DNA from: Eledone cirrhosa
Lineage: Eukaryota
DNA: 64,000 bases
Assembly: GCA_964016885.1 (NCBI GenBank)
Contig: OZ024743.1
Location: forward strand, 165,850,001-165,914,000
Direction: 5' to 3'
The translations under genes were made by a program, and so were the position numbers. Below, in pieces: positions 19,998 through 31,897 of this stretch; position 1 is the stretch's first letter; every line of letters starts with the position of its first letter. A model generated the notes under the pieces. It was not told where the DNA came from, ran no database searches, and saw only the letters and a list, made by a program, of their open reading frames with translations.

Positions 19998-20000
<3 letters not shown>
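14674..20000 (-). mobile_element. Tandem array of about 12.3 units of roughly 430 bp, each with a minimal hammerhead ribozyme (non-LTR retrozyme-like satellite)
   Basis: HHR motifs start at 14882, 15314, 15741, 16182, 16614, 17040, 17474, 17910, 18342, 18776, 19210, 19644 (spacing 426-441). Confidence 0.9.
14882..14924 (-). ncRNA. Minimal type I hammerhead ribozyme (first array copy)
   Basis: Minus strand: acgttg CTGACGA t agct aata agct t GAAA ctag TA cagcgt; predicted cleavage after GUA, between 14888 and 14887. Confidence 0.9.
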
Positions 20001-20044
<44 letters not shown>

Positions 20045-21018
20045 TTATTAAAATAACAGATTAAATTTTAAGACGTTATTAAAAGGAGCGTGAAAAACAA
20101 TTACACGCAAAGACAGAACCACGTTTATCGTATAAAAGAAGTCGTAGACTAATGTTCTCTTAGGTGGTTCATAGAGACGTTCTCTGGCAATGAACTGAAA
20201 AAACGAAGATAATACGTCATATGTGGATCGTGGAGAACAATTGCACGCAAAGGCAAAAATCACGTTAATGCTATTGCTGAAGTCGTAGACTAAAATTCTA
20301 ACTAGGAAACCGAATGATTCTCCGCTTCAGTGTTAATAATATATTGCATAAAATACAATACAGAGGTAATTGAAATTAAATAAATACATACACTCATCCA
20401 AATACGTACATACACAAGCATACGCGAAAACACTTGCCGTAGGTATACAAAACCACGCACATATAAATATGTGTGTGCGTGTATACAAATAAATAAGTAA
20501 TTAAATAAACGTATATAAATAAATAAATAAATACGTATATAACAAGCGCACACACATACCTACATGTAAATACACAAATGTTCGGAGACGTACGTCAACC
20601 AAAACATGAAGTACACATATACACACACCCAACATACGTACGAACCCGCATACTCACACAGACGCAAAACTCCCGTATACACATAACCAAAAGCATATGT
20701 ACCAGAATATATAAAAATATACGCCATAACATATACAATCAAATATACGTACGAGAAAGTATACGTACCTTCATAGATAAAAATACCAGAGCTAAACAAT
20801 ATGTTAAGACCCCATACAAAACTGAAATAGTGGTCAAGAAAGCATCAACCACCTAAGCCAAAGAGCAAATCAAGCTAAACAGGTCAAAACAAAATAAATG
20901 ATAAAAAAAACAAAATAAATGATAATAGTAATAATAATAAATGAGGAGACTAAAATCCGAAGAGAGCTCGATAAGTATAATATATATATATCAAGATATA
21001 TAAAACCATAGAGCAAAT

Positions 21019-21125
21019 ATTTATTAAAATAACAGATTAAAGTTTAAGCAAAGAATCGTTGCTTTGACCCTTAACGGGATCTTCTGAAAGGGTGAAAGCA
21101 GCGATTCTTTGTTTAAACTTTAATA
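21019..21125. repeat. Short dispersed repeat, here folded back as a hairpin; other partial copies near 20043, 51899 and 52541, next to (TA)n or TA-rich runs
   Basis: Shared atttattaaaataacagattaaa start in all four; three extend through gtttaagcaaagaatcg. Confidence 0.7.
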
Positions 21126-21479
21126 TTTATTTTAATATATATATACATATATGCGAAAAGTAAACAGATAAACAACACGATACAGTACAACGAAGATATA
21201 TATTAGTTTATGGTAGAGTTGAAATTACCGAGGGGAGCGCTCTGATACACATATGATATCTTCCCCCTACAATTTTGGTACGTCTTTAATTCCTCTGACA
21301 ATACAAATGAAATGTGAAATTGTATGTTCAGGTAGATTATTCGGTTTCTTGCTCTCATCTTAGCATATGGATTTACTCCTATGTATTTTAACATAGCTTA
21401 ATCAAATTCTTCAAGACCATCAACGATAAGCACCAACCTTACTGTCAATAGTTTGACCAAAATCTTAATCTTCATTTAG

Positions 21480-22300
21480 CAGTTTTGCCTTCTACCATCA
21501 TATTCAGCGGGCATCATTCTGGGGCTCTACCAGCTCTGGAATCTTGTCCAGGTTTTCAGGTCACAGCTGGATCAATATTCCCAGCTCTACTCTTGTATTT
21601 TTTTTATCTCCAGCAACGAATCCCCTCCTTCCAGGATTACATAAGCTATGACCCACTTTATGTTCAGTTGGGATACTTTAAATTCTTATTCTTCTGTCGA
21701 AATATATTGGCGCAAGAACATATTTATCAAGTCATCAGAGCGGCGGTCGAATGTTTCTTGGCTAATATCTCCGTACGGAATCTCACCACGAAAATGCCAT
21801 ATTGTCTGGCTCTGGGGACGTAACTATATTATCCTAGATTTCTTTCAGGCATTTTTCACTTTAACGTTGGGAGCGATTTGAATTTTCCCTGCTCCTGATT
21901 GCAAAACACTTACAGATTATGGTTCTTCTAGTCGTTTCTTCCAAAGTCCTTCTCGGATGGTTAAAGCCACCCTTGTTTCACCTCTTCCCACAATCTTTTC
22001 CCCATCCTTCAAATGTTCGTTTTATGGAGTTAGACCCACTTTTTCTACTTTCTTGCTCATAACCGCGAAAAGAAAACGAGTTTCATGTTGCTTTTGTTGG
22101 TTGTGCTGGCGTTGGTGCTGGTGGTTTTGTTGGTTGTGTTGGTATAAGTTCAAATGCTGTTCCTTCTTTTATAGTTGTTGAGCTTGTTATAGTCGGCAGA
22201 ACAGGGAAGTCCTCCACATCTAGACAAAATTCTTGATCCGTAATGGAACTTGTTAGACTTGTTTTTGTTGCTATAGCTGTTGTTGTTGCCACCTCTTATA
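21480..22300 (-). pseudogene. Degraded ORF1-like relic related to the Tx1-like LINE ORF1
   Basis: RARQYGIFVVRFRTE..VLAPIYFDRR aligns by eye with RGQKYGTVDVFFETP..TLVPSYCGQR; VEDFP and Pro/Thr-rich segments are also shared. Confidence 0.5.
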
Positions 22301-22522
22301 TAGTTTGTTGTTAATGTTGTCTATCTTACTGTCTTCACTTTTACTACTGTTGTTGTTATCACTGTCTGTTGCGGTTGTTGTCCTCACTGTCATTGTCTTT
22401 ATTAACGTTTTTACTTTTTATTATTCGTTGTCATTACAATTGTTTGGATTTTGCTCGCTTTTAAATATTTCCTTTGAAATATTTTTAACGATGCTACACA
22501 ATGAAGTTGAATTGTTACCTGT

Positions 22523-22564
<42 letters not shown>

Positions 22565-22660
22565 AACGTTGGCAAAGGAACTTTCACTCTTTATAAATAA
22601 TACTTGTTCGCTCTTTCCCCCTCCCTCTGATGCGGAGCAACCTTCGTCGAACATTATTAC

Positions 22661-22840
22661 TGGCAGTATCAGTAGAAAGTCGGACGCCATGCTTTCTAGC
22701 ATAGATACGTCCCTTTACGATCTGAGTTCAAATCCCGCCGAGGTTAACTTTGCCTTTCATCCTTACAGGGTCGATAAAATAAAGTACCAGTAATGTACTG
22801 GGTTATTGCTGGCCTTGTGCCAAATGTAGAAACAATTATT
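22661..22840 (+). mobile_element. tRNA-derived SINE
   Basis: A box tggcagtatcag, B box gagttcaaatcc, core gccgaggttaactttgcctttcatcc, (ATT)n tail. Confidence 0.9.
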
Positions 22841-23169
22841 ACTGTTTGGAATATTTCGTTTTACCAAATAAAATGGATAAATTTTAAAATGAAATTGTGT
22901 AACTCTGGTAACCACTAAAGGAGTACCGTTCCAGAACTGATGATCGCACCAAGGATTACCCAACAGGCATCACTAAGCTTGTGTAAATGTTTATAATAAC
23001 AACAAAAATAAAATCAAAACGAAAGAAAATATTAATTCAACACTAAGTAATGTGTGTTAATCAGTCATAAATCACAAAGGGCTACCTGTAATATTTTTTT
23101 AGGTACGCCAACATACTTGCGGCATTACCGCGGTTGATAGCGAGGCTTAGGCACTAGAACATAATTATT

Positions 23170-23250
23170 CTTTTATGGCCTTCGTCCGGCCCGCTATCCG
23201 TCATTAATACTCGATCCGGCCCGTGGAGGTAAAGAAGTTGCCGACGCCTG
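23170..23250. mobile_element. hAT/Charlie-like transposon terminus fragment
   Basis: Subterminal cggccc motifs; ends in gttgccgacgcctg. Confidence 0.4.
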
Positions 23251-24307
23251 CAATAGAACAACCAAACACCCTTACAGGTATCACCAAACATCGGTAAGGC
23301 GAGTTGCCAACGATGACAAGAACTTCGCTGTCAACAATCCAACCGTGGGAAGGAGCAAAAGAGTCACTGACTCTGGCGTTCCAAATGAGGCATCTACCTC
23401 TTACTTGAACAAACATTCAAAATATATAAAAATACCAATCCACGCAATCCGAAAAAAATTCGCAAACCTCCGAAGGTGTCTTTCTCCGCCGACATATAAC
23501 AACAATAATAATAATTATTATTATTATAAAAATAATAATAGAAATTTCAACTTACCGAAAAAAATACAGAATCCGTAAATTAAAGCCTTCATATTTTGTT
23601 TTTAAAGGAATTTACCCGAGGAGATAAATTAGATATATACCTATATATATATTTGCTTCTAGCTGACAAAACTGCTGTTATAAAACTCCCTCCACATGAA
23701 CTGCCACTTCTATTTATATTCCACTTCAACCAATCAGAGAACGCTTTTTATTGTTTGGCGTTAAAAGATTTCCTTCCCATGGAAAACTGAATAGCTCACT
23801 AAACAAATAAAATTATTCATCCATCACAAATTAAATTTATCCTTCATTCAACCAAAACAAATTTGATTAATATACACGAAACATTTAATGAAAAATATAA
23901 ATGAAAGATTAATTATTACATATATAAATACATTATCTTTAAAGGCATTATAAACACGCATACAGAAACACATACGCGCGAGGTTCAAGGCGTGGACAGA
24001 TTTCGCTACATATATATATATAATTAACATGGGTTGGTTGATCAATTAATCGACCGATTATTGTGTAAACAGACGTAAGCACTCCATTACGTGGGTCCCT
24101 GAAGGTATCAGACGGATTGTCAATATTATAAAGAAGAGAGGCGGTTTTATATAGGATATATACATAGAACCGCTTTTCTTATAATCTCTCTCTCCCTTTC
24201 TCTCTCTCTCTGTACAAGTGTGTGTGCAGTAGGACTGAACCGAGAAACTTGTAGAAAATAATTCATTCGTGATAAGAAGAATATGGTATAATATAATGTA
24301 ATATAAT

Positions 24308-24493
24308 TGTTTCTACTTTAGGCACAAGGCCAGCAATTATCCAGTACATTACTGGTACTTTATTTTTATCGACCCCGTAAGGATGAAAGGCATAGTTAAC
24401 CTCGGCGGGATTTGAACTCAGACTGTAAAGAGACGTAACTATGCTAGAAAACATGGCGTCCAACCCTCTACCGATACTGCCAATTCACCGCCC
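24308..24493 (-). mobile_element. tRNA-derived SINE with a 21-bp target-site duplication
   Basis: Full SINE; tataatataatgtaatataat at 24287-24307 and 24494-24514. Confidence 0.9.
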
Positions 24494-24731
24494 TATAATA
24501 TAATGTAATATAATATTATATAATATTATATAACAGACTATTTTTAGTCTCACAATTTAAACCTCACCACCACCACCTCCCGATCCTTAATGTCTTTAGT
24601 GATGTCTACTCTGTTGCTTGTTTTCGAAACAGGTCCCTTCATCACTCTATCGTACCACTCCCTTGAAAAGGATTATAAGTACTGCCCTTCTTTCTATGAC
24701 GAAGCAATAACAGGAAAAAAATGTTTTTTTG

Positions 24732-24865
24732 ATTTAGGCACAGGACCAACAATTTTAGGGCGAGGGAAAAGTCGATTAAATCGACCTCAGTGCATTACTG
24801 GTGTTTTATTTTAACGATACCGTAACTATGAAAGGCAAGGTTAATTTGAACTAACAACGTAAAGT
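24732..24865 (-). mobile_element. Diverged SINE fragment of the same superfamily
   Basis: tttaggcacag..gtcgattaaatcgac..atgaaaggcaaggttaa. Confidence 0.6.
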
Positions 24866-25671
24866 AAGCGTTTTGTGAGGGGAAAAAATACCGTGTATCG
24901 TAACGCTGGTTTAGATAGCAACGGCTATCCATAATTTCCGGAGTCTGGGTACTGGCTCATAAATTCCGGTTCATGGATAAACTTTTACTTCGCTTGTTCC
25001 AGGAATACCTTCCCAAACAAAACGAATTCCATAATTTCCCATTTCCTCTCTTCCACGCTTAATCGTGAAAAAGGCACACACACTTATACATACACTGACA
25101 CAAACATACACACACATGCATGGATACATAGACATATATGTGTACGTGCATACATACATACATACATACATACATACATACATACATACATACATACATA
25201 CATACATACATACATGCGCACATACATACTAGCGCACACACACATGTATAGTCTGCATTCTTGAATCTGCAATGAGAATACAACCATGCGGGAACAGCGC
25301 AGGAAAGCGATTTAGTTGATTATGTAAATGCCACTACTTATGTTTCCAAAATTATGTTTATATGCCTCTGTGGATTGTGCATACTTGTGTGAATGTGTGT
25401 CAATGTATGTGAATGTGCATGTGTGTTTGTTTATATCTGGGTGTGTGTATGCTTGAAGAAAAATATAAGAACGTAATACTAAAGGGAGTGTGTTATATTT
25501 ATGGAAACTGCAAGCGTTCGTAACTCAAAAGTCAACCCCCTCATATCCTCATGAACACATGCTTTCGGTTTCGATTCCATTGCGGGGCACCTAGCAGAAG
25601 TGAATAGTATTATATCCTCAATCGTTTTGATAAACGAAAACTTTGCAGAAACCCGTCATATAAACACACAT

Positions 25672-25817
<146 letters not shown>

Positions 25818-25896
25818 GTGTGTGTATGTGTGTGTGTTGTATACGATTATATATAGAGAGAGAGAAACACGCATATATATAATATATATATATATA

Positions 25897-26216
25897 TAGT
25901 GCACCCCGGCATTCGTAGACCCGATTATTCGCGGGATTTTCCTTAGGACCTAACTAATAATTGTTTGTGAAAACCACCGCATATTCGTGGAATCGTAAAT
26001 ATTTTGCGCGATTTTTTATAGCTTTTTTAGTGGCATGGGATAGTTGCTGGCCTTGGTCGAAAAGAAGAAACAAATATATATTTTTACAGCTAAATTATTG
26101 ATAACAATATACCTATTTTCAGGTCTAATGGACGCCCCTTCGCATAAGTCGCTCTATCTTTTTTTAGGCATTTTTATGAAGTACGTCCTTATTCGCTAAT
26201 ACCGGGGGACAACTGT
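25897..26216. mobile_element. Possible pogo/Tigger-type MITE
   Basis: Imperfect TIRs: tagtgcaccccggcattcg and cgctaataccgggggacaactg. Confidence 0.4.
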
Positions 26217-26248
26217 CTGCATATAAATATATATATATATATATATAA

Positions 26249-26677
26249 ATAAACGGAAAAAATGAAACGATATTTCATTTCCCACTCTTAGTACGCTGTT
26301 ACTTAAATATAAGTATGTACACGTACATACATATATGTATACCGACGTACAGTAGTATGTATATATATATATATATATATACATACATGCACACATATAT
26401 ACATGCACGTATGGATTCACCGAACATTTATTATAATGCTCGGTGTGTTTGTAAACAAACATCCTGTATTAAGCCGTAGTGTCTAGCAACCACCGTTGCT
26501 CGTTTGTTCAACACTGACAAAGGAACGCTGTACTAGTTTCAAGCTTGTTAGCTATCGTCAGCAACGTATACCTTCGGTGAATCCATACGTGCATGTATAT
26601 ATGTGTGGATGTATGTATATATATATATACATACTACTGTACGTCGGTATACATATATGTATGTACGTGTACATACT

Positions 26678-26680
<3 letters not shown>
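26249..26680 (-). mobile_element. Dispersed copy of the retrozyme-like unit with an intact HHR (26525-26567) and an inverted segment (about 26573-26680)
   Basis: Matches the array unit; flanked by (TA)n. Confidence 0.9.
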
Positions 26681-26709
<29 letters not shown>

Positions 26710-26710
<1 letters not shown>

Positions 26711-28125
26711 GAAATATAAGAATCAAAGAACTGTTCAAAACATTATTGTGCTTACAGCTGTTTCCTCCAAACCGAGGTTTGGATTCTTCGGAGCAATTTA
26801 TTAATGCATGGACAGTTATATGACCTCCTTTTCAGCCGAGAGACATACCAATACATATTCAAACATTGATACATATTCAAACATTGTGGGTCAACATTCA
26901 TTACAGAATTTAGAGTGGCAGTACACACTTCGAGATTACATTTATATTAATAGGTACAATCAAAAATCAAAGATATAGGTTAAAATACAACATGAAGATA
27001 AGCGGTTATATAGTGCAAATGTTATATGTGTGGCACGCATGTGCGTCTTATTTATATAGTGTGGCAGAGAGATATGTGTGGTAGAGGCACTTAGGTAGGT
27101 AAATAAGAGTGTTAGGTTGGTAGATCTGGTGGCAAATTCTTTATATGATTGATATAGTCTGTGTGTGGAGAAATATTATAAGCATTAATAGTGCAAGCAT
27201 TAAAAGTGTTATAAGTAATGGAGATGCACAGCGCAGGGATGTCAAGTATTTCATGTACTTCGGCATTTTCATGGTCAGGGGAGTGTATTTTTCGATTATA
27301 TGCCCTTCACATAATCCACGACAATCCAGTTAGAGATCGTAGTCTGGTGTTCTTTAGTTCGATACAGGAGGTTGTTACGTTTCTAGAAACGCCATTGAAT
27401 ACCGCCCGGAAGTGTGTGTGTGGCAAAGGGGAGTTAATGCATGCGGGGAGGTAACTCTGGGGTTTCTATATCTAGCCATTAAAATGTGTCCCAATATAGA
27501 CCCTAAATTCTATGGTGATGCGCATCTTCCAAGAGAGATTTTTAAAGCATAAAGTGTATTAACTATAGAGTAGTTTAACTAAGTTATGCTGAAGGTGATC
27601 ATATTATTATGGTGGATTAACCCATCTTAAAGTGCTACAAATGGAAATTATAGATGATGAGCGAGGATTCTAAATTAATGATCTCTGTGGTTGTAGTCTG
27701 CTCATATGACCAGGCGCGGTGATTGCAGGCTTGCTTCAGGACCCAATGATCTCTGGTAAGATCTGGGTCATCGCTTGCTACATTTGATGTCGAAAGATAA
27801 TCATCCCCAGGCCGGCCAAAGGTCAATCCGCAGTCCTCGCGACCCCTCTCTGACCGTCAGATCATCCATATACGTACAACCCGCCCGGCAGTTGCAATGC
27901 ATTCACTCACTGCGCTCAGCAGTCCGGTCCTACTGGTCAACAGCGCTACTCGATTAAATCATTTTACATCCGTCTAAGGAAGGTGTTTCCTCTGCACAAC
28001 ACTATCCAACCGATCAATTCATGCTCAAATTACCCTTAGAGCGGTGTAGTGCCGTTCAAGTGGGTGGAAACAGTTGTAAGCACAATAATGTTTTGAACAG
28101 TTCTTTGATTCTTATATTTCATATA
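26710..28125 (-). mobile_element. PLE-like relic with inverted termini and an HHR (26749-26795, core CCGAAGA)
   Basis: 26710-26765 is inverted at about 28066-28125; minus strand tgct CCGAAGA atccaaacc tc ggtttggag GAAA cagctg TA agca. Confidence 0.6.
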
Positions 28126-28283
28126 ACTGCTCTGTAAATCATCTGATGTTTTTACATTGAGCTACTTAACTTACTGGTAATAAGGTAGTAATACAATACT
28201 GCCTACCACTATTTAGGGTGTGTGTAAAATACTTACAACTGCTTAAGGTCTTGTATTTACATAACCATAAATAGTATAACTAA

Positions 28284-28326
<43 letters not shown>

Positions 28327-28491
28327 TAGATATATATGTAGGAGGTGAGTTTTATTGTAGTACAATAAAGCAATGCAGATATCGGATAAGAAGCACTCTA
28401 CAGTTTGTAGGACTTGCTCCTTAACGGTTGAGCGCTTACTCTCATATTGGATACCTTTTGATGGTCTTTTACTTCTTTCTTCTTCTACAAC

Positions 28492-30891
28492 ATGGATTAT
28501 TACAACATAACCAATTCAACTAAAGACATTCCTATACCTGGTAAATCTGAATTCACCAAACTTCTAATTGAAAAAACTGACTCCTTCGTAATAAGACTTA
28601 GATGGATAGCCTATTTCTATGACCAGCGCCTAAAAGGGAACTTCTATACCAAAGAACATAACTTCCTCGATCATCTATTTAATTCTAGAAGAAATCCTCC
28701 TTCCAACAAAAATCTAGTGCAATTCGAGGAAGAGTTAACTAAAATTATAAAAAATCTTAAATTCAAGAGATACCCTTATAAAGGACAAGAGCACCTTGTA
28801 AATCTCAAGAACACAATTTCAAACCTAAATTCCTCAAAAAATATTTTAGTCCACTCTGACAAAACCAATAACTTATATGGTATTTCCAAGGATAATTATA
28901 ACAACCTTATCCTAAAGGAACTTAGGAAAAAATATCGTAAAACCAACCATGAAAATTTAGAATACATAAACTTTGAAGCCTCTGAGATTATGTCAAAACT
29001 TGGCATTGAAAAAAAGACAGAACCATTCCTCCCAAGAACTCCGAGGATAAATCTCAAGGATCACAAAAACAATTTTCGTACTGAACTACCTGTTAGATTA
29101 ATCGCCCCCTCTAAATCAGATCTGGGGGTTGTTAGTAAAGCCATCTTGGATAGAATTATCCCACAGGTTCGTTCTAACTGCTCTTCTTTGAACCTAAATT
29201 TATGGTTTGGTACTTCTGAAGTGATTAGCTGGTTCAACAAATTGAATAATAAAAACAAACTAAAAGTTGTTCAATTTGATATTGCCAGCTACTATTCTTC
29301 TATTTCGCCTTCACTTCTCAATAATGCTCTATCTTTCGCACTTAAATATTCTGACATCACCACAGATGAACTTCACATCATTCTCACCGCACGTAAAACC
29401 ATCCTAGAGTTCAACAACGAATATTGGACCAGAGCCGATACCTCTAACAACTTCGACATCACAATGGGAGCATCCGATTCATCCCAATTGTCAGATTTAA
29501 TTGGTATCTTTATTTTGAACTCTTTGAGTCGGAAAATTCCTCAACTTCGCGGTGGAATTTATCGTGACGATGGACTCGTTACTATCTTAAATTGCAACAT
29601 AGTTAACCTTAATATTATTAAGAACAATATACGTAATCTCTTTAACCAACATAACCTAAAAATTGAATTTGATAACAGCATCAAACTAGCTAATTTCTTG
29701 GATGTATCTCTTAATCTTGACACTGGCCTATATTACCCTTACCATAAAAACAATGAGAACCTAAATTATGTTAACATTAAATCTAACCATCCTACTAATA
29801 TCAAGAATGCTATAGTTAGTAATATTGGAAAAAGAATATCTAACCTATCTTCTAATAAAAACATCTTTGATGCTAACGCCAATTACTATAATAACGCGCT
29901 TTCTAAAGCCGGCTATCCTGATAAAATCAAATATAGTAAAGAAACAAATTCTAGAAGAAATTACAGTAGAATAATTAATCATGATCATTCCAATAACTTT
30001 AATAAAAGACCTAGATACAAAAACATAATCTGGTATAATGCTCCTTTCTCCATCTCATTTAATAACAATATTCCTAAATTATTCTTTAGTGCCTTAAATA
30101 AATGCTTCCCTCCCTCACATATCTATAGTAAAATATTTAACAAACACACTATAAAATTTTCCTATTCTACATCCTCCAACATTTCCAACATTATCTCTAA
30201 ACACAACAATAAAATACTAAATACTAAATCTCTTCCTTCCAACACTGAATATCATAATAATAGTAATAGTACTCCCGACGTCATTGTAAACCCTAGGCTA
30301 ATTTCTACAAACCCAAATACAACGTCAAACACAACTTCGCTAAATGTTCTTAATCCCATTCTAAATCAAGAAACTAATATTCCTATCGCAAATAACTTCT
30401 CCAATCTAATTCCTTCTATAGATAACACTAGGTCACTCATTAATAATCTCTCTAATCGCAATTGCAATTGCCCTATTAAAAATAAATGTCCTCTCAACAA
30501 CCATTGTCTTGATAAAAACTTAATTTACGAATGTAAAGTTATAACTGACACCAATTCCTTCACCTATTTTGGCTCCACTTCCACCTCTTTTAAAGCTCGT
30601 CTTTATAACCATCATTCGTCTTTTAAATACAAACTTAAAAGAACCAACACGGCTCTCTCAGAACTCATATGGTCCTTGAAAGACAAAAACATTAAATATA
30701 GCATCTTTTGGAAGAAGGTTTCTTCTGCGTCTTCATACTTGAACAGTTCTCTATCCAAAATTTGCAATCTCTGTCTAAATGAAAAATTTACCATTATTTC
30801 TAATCTAGATTCTATAATAAATAGACGCACTGATTTGTTTTCTATCTGCTTGCATAAATTCCATAAAACATTTCACAAAGTATACAGCTAA
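28492..30891 (+). CDS. PLE reverse transcriptase plus GIY-YIG endonuclease (799 aa)
   Basis: FDIASYYSSI, MGASDS, IYRDDGL, NFLDV; CNC..CPL..C, LIYEC..TYFGST..FKARLYNH, CNLC..EK..CLH. Confidence 0.93.
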   Translation: MDYYNITNSTKDIPIPGKSEFTKLLIEKTDSFVIRLRWIAYFYDQRLKGNFYTKEHNFLDHLFNSRRNPPSNKNLVQFEEELTKIIKNLKFKRYPYKGQEHLVNLKNTISNLNSSKNILVHSDKTNNLYGISKDNYNNLILKELRKKYRKTNHENLEYINFEASEIMSKLGIEKKTEPFLPRTPRINLKDHKNNFRTELPVRLIAPSKSDLGVVSKAILDRIIPQVRSNCSSLNLNLWFGTSEVISWFNKLNNKNKLKVVQFDIASYYSSISPSLLNNALSFALKYSDITTDELHIILTARKTILEFNNEYWTRADTSNNFDITMGASDSSQLSDLIGIFILNSLSRKIPQLRGGIYRDDGLVTILNCNIVNLNIIKNNIRNLFNQHNLKIEFDNSIKLANFLDVSLNLDTGLYYPYHKNNENLNYVNIKSNHPTNIKNAIVSNIGKRISNLSSNKNIFDANANYYNNALSKAGYPDKIKYSKETNSRRNYSRIINHDHSNNFNKRPRYKNIIWYNAPFSISFNNNIPKLFFSALNKCFPPSHIYSKIFNKHTIKFSYSTSSNISNIISKHNNKILNTKSLPSNTEYHNNSNSTPDVIVNPRLISTNPNTTSNTTSLNVLNPILNQETNIPIANNFSNLIPSIDNTRSLINNLSNRNCNCPIKNKCPLNNHCLDKNLIYECKVITDTNSFTYFGSTSTSFKARLYNHHSSFKYKLKRTNTALSELIWSLKDKNIKYSIFWKKVSSASSYLNSSLSKICNLCLNEKFTIISNLDSIINRRTDLFSICLHKFHKTFHKVYS

Positions 30892-31757
30892 TATTCAATT
30901 CTTTATCAATTTAGAATCTTTTTCTCAAAGGCACATATGTATATTTTAAAAATATACCCATCTTTCTACCTTATTTCAAAGGTTATTATACTTTCTATAA
31001 TACTTGTTACTCATTCTACATCGCTCCTATTTATCACTTCCCTTTCTTCTCTTCTTCTTTTAATGTCTAACCCCTAATCTGTACCTTTTCTCACTCTTGC
31101 CTAACATAGAATCAATTATTACATAATACAATACATTCTTACTCTATATCACCTTGTAAAAAATCCTTCGTAAACATATACACTGTTTTGACGTTAGATT
31201 ATTCATCCTCAATTCATTATTCTTTTCTCCCTTTCATGCTCATCTCACAATATTTCCTTACTTAAATAACCTGCTGTTCCCTTTAATAATACATATCAAC
31301 ATTTTCTTAACATCGCACATATTATTAAACCCTTAAACATTATTATCAATACATATTAACATTTTTTTTCATCGCACATATTATCAAACCCCTCAATATA
31401 CAAACCTTAACTTTACATTATTTTTCTCTTCGTTAATTTTCAAATTCTTTTAATTTATTCATTATCTTCCAACGGTTTTCAACCTCTCTATGTAAAACAA
31501 TATATCTTTCTCGGTTATAAAAGCTATCTCTCTCTCTCTATCACCCATCTCTCCTCCTATCTCATCCTTCCTCATTATACTCCTCCCTCTCCACTTTTTA
31601 CTTTCATCTCCTCATCTTTTTCATCCTTTCCAACCCCCCCCCCCTCTAAATAAAATATTTTTCCCAATATCACACATCAAACTAAAACTACTTCTCATAT
31701 GTTGATTTAAAACTGAACTATCCACAAGTGTTTTTTAACCTTCATATCATGTCTTCC

Positions 31758-31828
31758 TATTTTATCTGATGAAAACACAAATATTATTGCATGATGATAT
31801 TTGTTTTTGAAATGCGCATAATAAAATA
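31758..31828 (+). ncRNA. Type I hammerhead ribozyme at the PLE 3' end
   Basis: tattttat CTGATGA aaacacaaatat..atatttgttttt GAAA tgcgca TA ataaaata. Confidence 0.9.
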
Positions 31829-31856
31829 CATGGAACTCTTTTAACCATCTTTTGTT

Positions 31857-31891
<35 letters not shown>

Positions 31892-31897
<6 letters not shown>

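Larger units (their letters stand above)
28325..31860 (+). mobile_element. Apparently intact Penelope-like retroelement between (TA)n tracts
   Basis: Single long ORF, long 3' UTR, terminal HHR, (TA)n on both sides. Confidence 0.9.

Noticed and set aside
14674-20000. CRISPR-like array or coding repeat
   Set aside because: No unique spacers, no cas genes, eukaryotic context; the short ORFs are not conserved between units.
28340-28492. Intron in the PLE 5' leader (gaggtgagt donor and pyrimidine tract)
   Set aside because: No AG acceptor follows the tract before the ATG.
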